Translations under genes and position numbers: made by a program
Notes under the pieces: generated by a model
What the model was told of the DNA's origin: nothing
The model's input: only the letters and a program-made list of their open reading frames with translations
The model's database searches: none
Part shown: positions 62,128 through 64,000 of the stretch, one piece after another
Layout: every line of letters starts with the position of its first letter
Position numbering within the stretch: the stretch's first letter is position 1
From: Lysobacterales bacterium 63-13
Lineage (GTDB): Bacteria; Pseudomonadota; Gammaproteobacteria; Xanthomonadales; Rhodanobacteraceae
Length of the DNA stretch: 64,000 nt
NCBI GenBank assembly: GCA_001899855.1
Contig: MKWR01000022.1
Span: forward strand, 6,456 to 70,455
Reading direction: 5' to 3'

Positions 62128-62669
62128 GACCCCAGCCGTTGGTCAAGCAACTCGATGGCGAGCGTGCGTTCGCGGGCGTTGCCGCCGCGTACGGCATCGA
62201 ACAATGCCAGCAGTTCGTATAACGCCGGGTTGCGCGCGGCGGCCCCCGGCACACTGGGATAGAGCGGATACAACGCGATGCCGCGCACCGTGCCGACCTT
62301 GTAAGGCCAGACTGGCATGGGGTCGGATCCGGCGCGGATCATCTGGTTGAGCGGCGCGGCGGCATAGCCGGTCGGCATCCCGCGCGTGAGGCTGCCACGT
62401 GTCGCCGGGAAGCAATAGCGCGCACCGTATTGCAGGAACTGGCGCAAAGCCGGCAACAGCACGCGCGCCTTGCCGCCGGCTTCCTTGACCGCGAGTTGCG
62501 CGGCCACGGCGCGCTCGATGGCGGCATGAACCTCCGATGCCGTCATGCCCAGCTCGGCGGCAAGCGCCGCGTACGTCGGAATGGCCTCTCGGCCCAGCGA
62601 TAAACGCATCAGCACCACCACGTCCTGGGGGCGGAGTACTGCTTGCGGATTGGCTTTGGAGCGGGCCAT
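62124..62669 (-). CDS. HTH protein, putative antitoxin/regulator paired with the nucleotidyltransferase
   Basis: LRPQDVVVL..., helix-turn-helix YAALAAELGMTASEVHAAIER; stop overlaps the NTase start (ATGA). Confidence 0.7.
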   Translation of the reverse strand: MARSKANPQAVLRPQDVVVLMRLSLGREAIPTYAALAAELGMTASEVHAAIERAVAAQLAVKEAGGKARVLLPALRQFLQYGARYCFPATRGSLTRGMPTGYAAAPLNQMIRAGSDPMPVWPYKVGTVRGIALYPLYPSVPGAAARNPALYELLALFDAVRGGNARERTLAIELLDQRLGS

Positions 62670-62679
62670 AGCGGTTCTC

Positions 62680-62729
62680 ATTCGCTATTCGCGAATAGCG
62701 AATATAAGGGCCTTGCCGTTCTGCCGCAA
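62680..62729 (-). promoter_or_regulatory. sigma70 promoter overlapped by a perfect 24-bp palindromic operator
   Basis: Minus strand TTGCGG-N17-TATATT (62729-62701); palindrome ATTCGCTATTCGCGAATAGCGAAT at 62680-62703. Confidence 0.7.
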
Positions 62730-62734
62730 GGCGG

Positions 62735-63028
62735 GGGATCGCTTCCCAGCACCCATGCCTTGTTCGTTGCCTCACGGATCGCCGTCACATCGCGATCCGG
62801 CATTCTCCCGCGAAACTAGGCGCGGTAGGCGCTTTGTCGTTCGGCTGCGGTCTTGCCCAGTCGCCGATAGTTCGGGTGTGGAGTCAGCAGGGCAATGTCT
62901 TTGCCGAGCGCATTGGCCTGGTAGCTCGACCAAGGGTACCCCGAGGCATGGCTCACCATGTCGGCGCGCAGCGGATTCAACTCGATGTAGCGGTACACCG
63001 TCAACAGGCAGTTGACTTCGAGCCCCAC
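62735..63028 (-). pseudogene. REP-associated tyrosine transposase (RAYT/Y1) C-terminal remnant
   Basis: YRYIELNPLRADMV...YPWSSY; reading through TAG at 62816 gives FRGRMPDRDVTAIREATNKAWVLGSD; N-terminal HUH region absent. Confidence 0.75.
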
Positions 63029-63037
63029 GCTTCCTCG

Positions 63038-63325
63038 TCGTTCTTCCAGTTCCTGCCGGAGATTCGCAAGGTGTTCTATACGACCAACGCGATCGAGTCA
63101 TTGAACATGGTCATGCGGAAATACACGCGCAACCGGCGCATCTTCCCGAACGACGACTCCGCACTGAAGTCGCTGTTCCTGGCGATCCGGGAAGCATCGA
63201 AGAACTGGAAATCCATTCACCACTGGAAGCCCGCGCTACAGAGCTTCCAGGTGATGTTCGGCGAAGAACGCGTGCCGTTGGGGGCGCTGTGAAAACCGTG
63301 GTTACACAGTTCGATTGACAGACCC
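63038..63325 (+). mobile_element. IS256-family transposase 3' remnant with right end
   Basis: FFQFLPEIRKVFYTTNAIESLN..RK..RNRRIFPNDDSALK; stop 63292 followed by TTACACAGTTCGATTGACAGACCC terminal-IR-like sequence. Confidence 0.85.
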
Positions 63326-63344
63326 CAGCCCCCCTTTCTCCATT

Positions 63345-63394
63345 TTTTTGATCCGTGACCCCTTTGATCCGATCGCTGACTCCTTTGATCGATT
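63345..63394. repeat. Short degenerate direct repeats TGAC(C/T)CCTTTGATC
   Basis: TTTTTGATCCG / TGACCCCTTTGATCCGATCGC / TGACTCCTTTGATCGAT. Confidence 0.5.
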
Positions 63395-63809
63395 ATTTAT
63401 GGTCCTGGGCGTCGATTTTTTTGGCAACCCATGACGCACCATCAGCTACTTCGATTTTATTAACAATAATAACTTTATTGCACAAATTATTATTAACACT
63501 ACTACCATCTATCTCATAACTATATGAAAACCGCCCTTCTATATTCGGCGGCTGAGATGCAATATCCCCAATTACGATAGCTTGCTTCCCATCAAATTCA
63601 GTTCGTCGGTCAAAAAAATCTCTAGGCACGGCAAGCGCAACGCATTCATCACCAAAATCCAAGCTGGCCTGCCACAAGGACTCGATGGTCAATAAACCGT
63701 CGAGCTTACACGGCTCATTCTTTTGGCACTTATCTAGGATTGATGATGGCCCGGCAGAGCAGGCCGAACCAGAAACCATACTTATAGAAATTAGCACCCT
63801 GGCGAACAT
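63393..63809 (-). CDS. AT-rich hypothetical exported/lipoprotein
   Basis: 138-aa ORF with signal-like N-terminus and several Cys; visibly much lower GC than the backbone. Confidence 0.6.
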   Translation of the reverse strand: MFARVLISISMVSGSACSAGPSSILDKCQKNEPCKLDGLLTIESLWQASLDFGDECVALAVPRDFFDRRTEFDGKQAIVIGDIASQPPNIEGRFSYSYEIDGSSVNNNLCNKVIIVNKIEVADGASWVAKKIDAQDHK

Positions 63810-64000
63810 GCCGAACCTCCCGTTCCTTTAAAGGAATTCCAAGTCCCGATTCTCGATTCGATAGCTCTTACTTCTGCCGGGTCAGGCGGCGTTCCGGAAA
63901 TAAACATTACCCTATATCCATCTGGCGTTGAATCAACACCAAACGCCGCATTCTTTGTTATGACGTAAGCCGTTTGTCCGGTTGCCGATGTTCTCGACGC
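63791..64000 (-). CDS. C-terminal end of an ORF entering from the right edge
   Basis: Open frame ASRTSATGQTAYVITKNAAFGVDSTPDGYRVMFISGTPPDPAEVRAIESRIGTWNSFKGTGGSACSPGC*; overlaps start of 63393-63809. Confidence 0.35.
   Translation of the reverse strand, partial: ASRTSATGQTAYVITKNAAFGVDSTPDGYRVMFISGTPPDPAEVRAIESRIGTWNSFKGTGGSACSPGC

Overview
High-GC gammaproteobacterial chromosome segment. Gene order (pilT/proC/yggT, pdxH-dodecin-aroK-aroB-hemE, plsY-birA-coaX-tRNA-Thr, ftsEX-ung-rpoH, priA, sppA, fadE, ilvA) points to Xanthomonadales, probably a Rhodanobacteraceae/Dokdonella-like organism; this taxonomy is inference. Most of the window is housekeeping backbone with several unusual modules in it. 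(1) A 5-gene minus-strand cluster (5.5-10.8 kb) encodes a Rab-like small GTPase, a trans-envelope protein (cytoplasmic longin/roadblock-like domain, TM, OmpA-like domain), a coiled-coil protein, a hybrid histidine kinase and an OmpR regulator. (2) An orphan exosortase H. (3) Two DUF697-type membrane GTPases bracket yceI-cytochrome b561-yceI. (4) A FakA-FakB (DAK2-DegV) fusion sits directly upstream of plsY. (5) A sigma54-type promoter precedes a small secreted protein, a gingipain/PorU-like C25 peptidase, a DPPR-synthase-like UbiA and a lone gspF. (6) A perfect CIRCE lies upstream of rpoH and a three-DnaA-box cluster upstream of priA. (7) GGGAAT-based REPIN-like hairpins occur in intergenic gaps. 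(8) The right end (61.4-64 kb) looks like an island edge: an HTH plus AbiEii-like nucleotidyltransferase pair with a 24-bp palindromic operator, RAYT and IS256 remnants, and AT-rich ORFs. No CRISPR array or rRNA was seen. All calls come from motif recognition by eye; no database searches were run.
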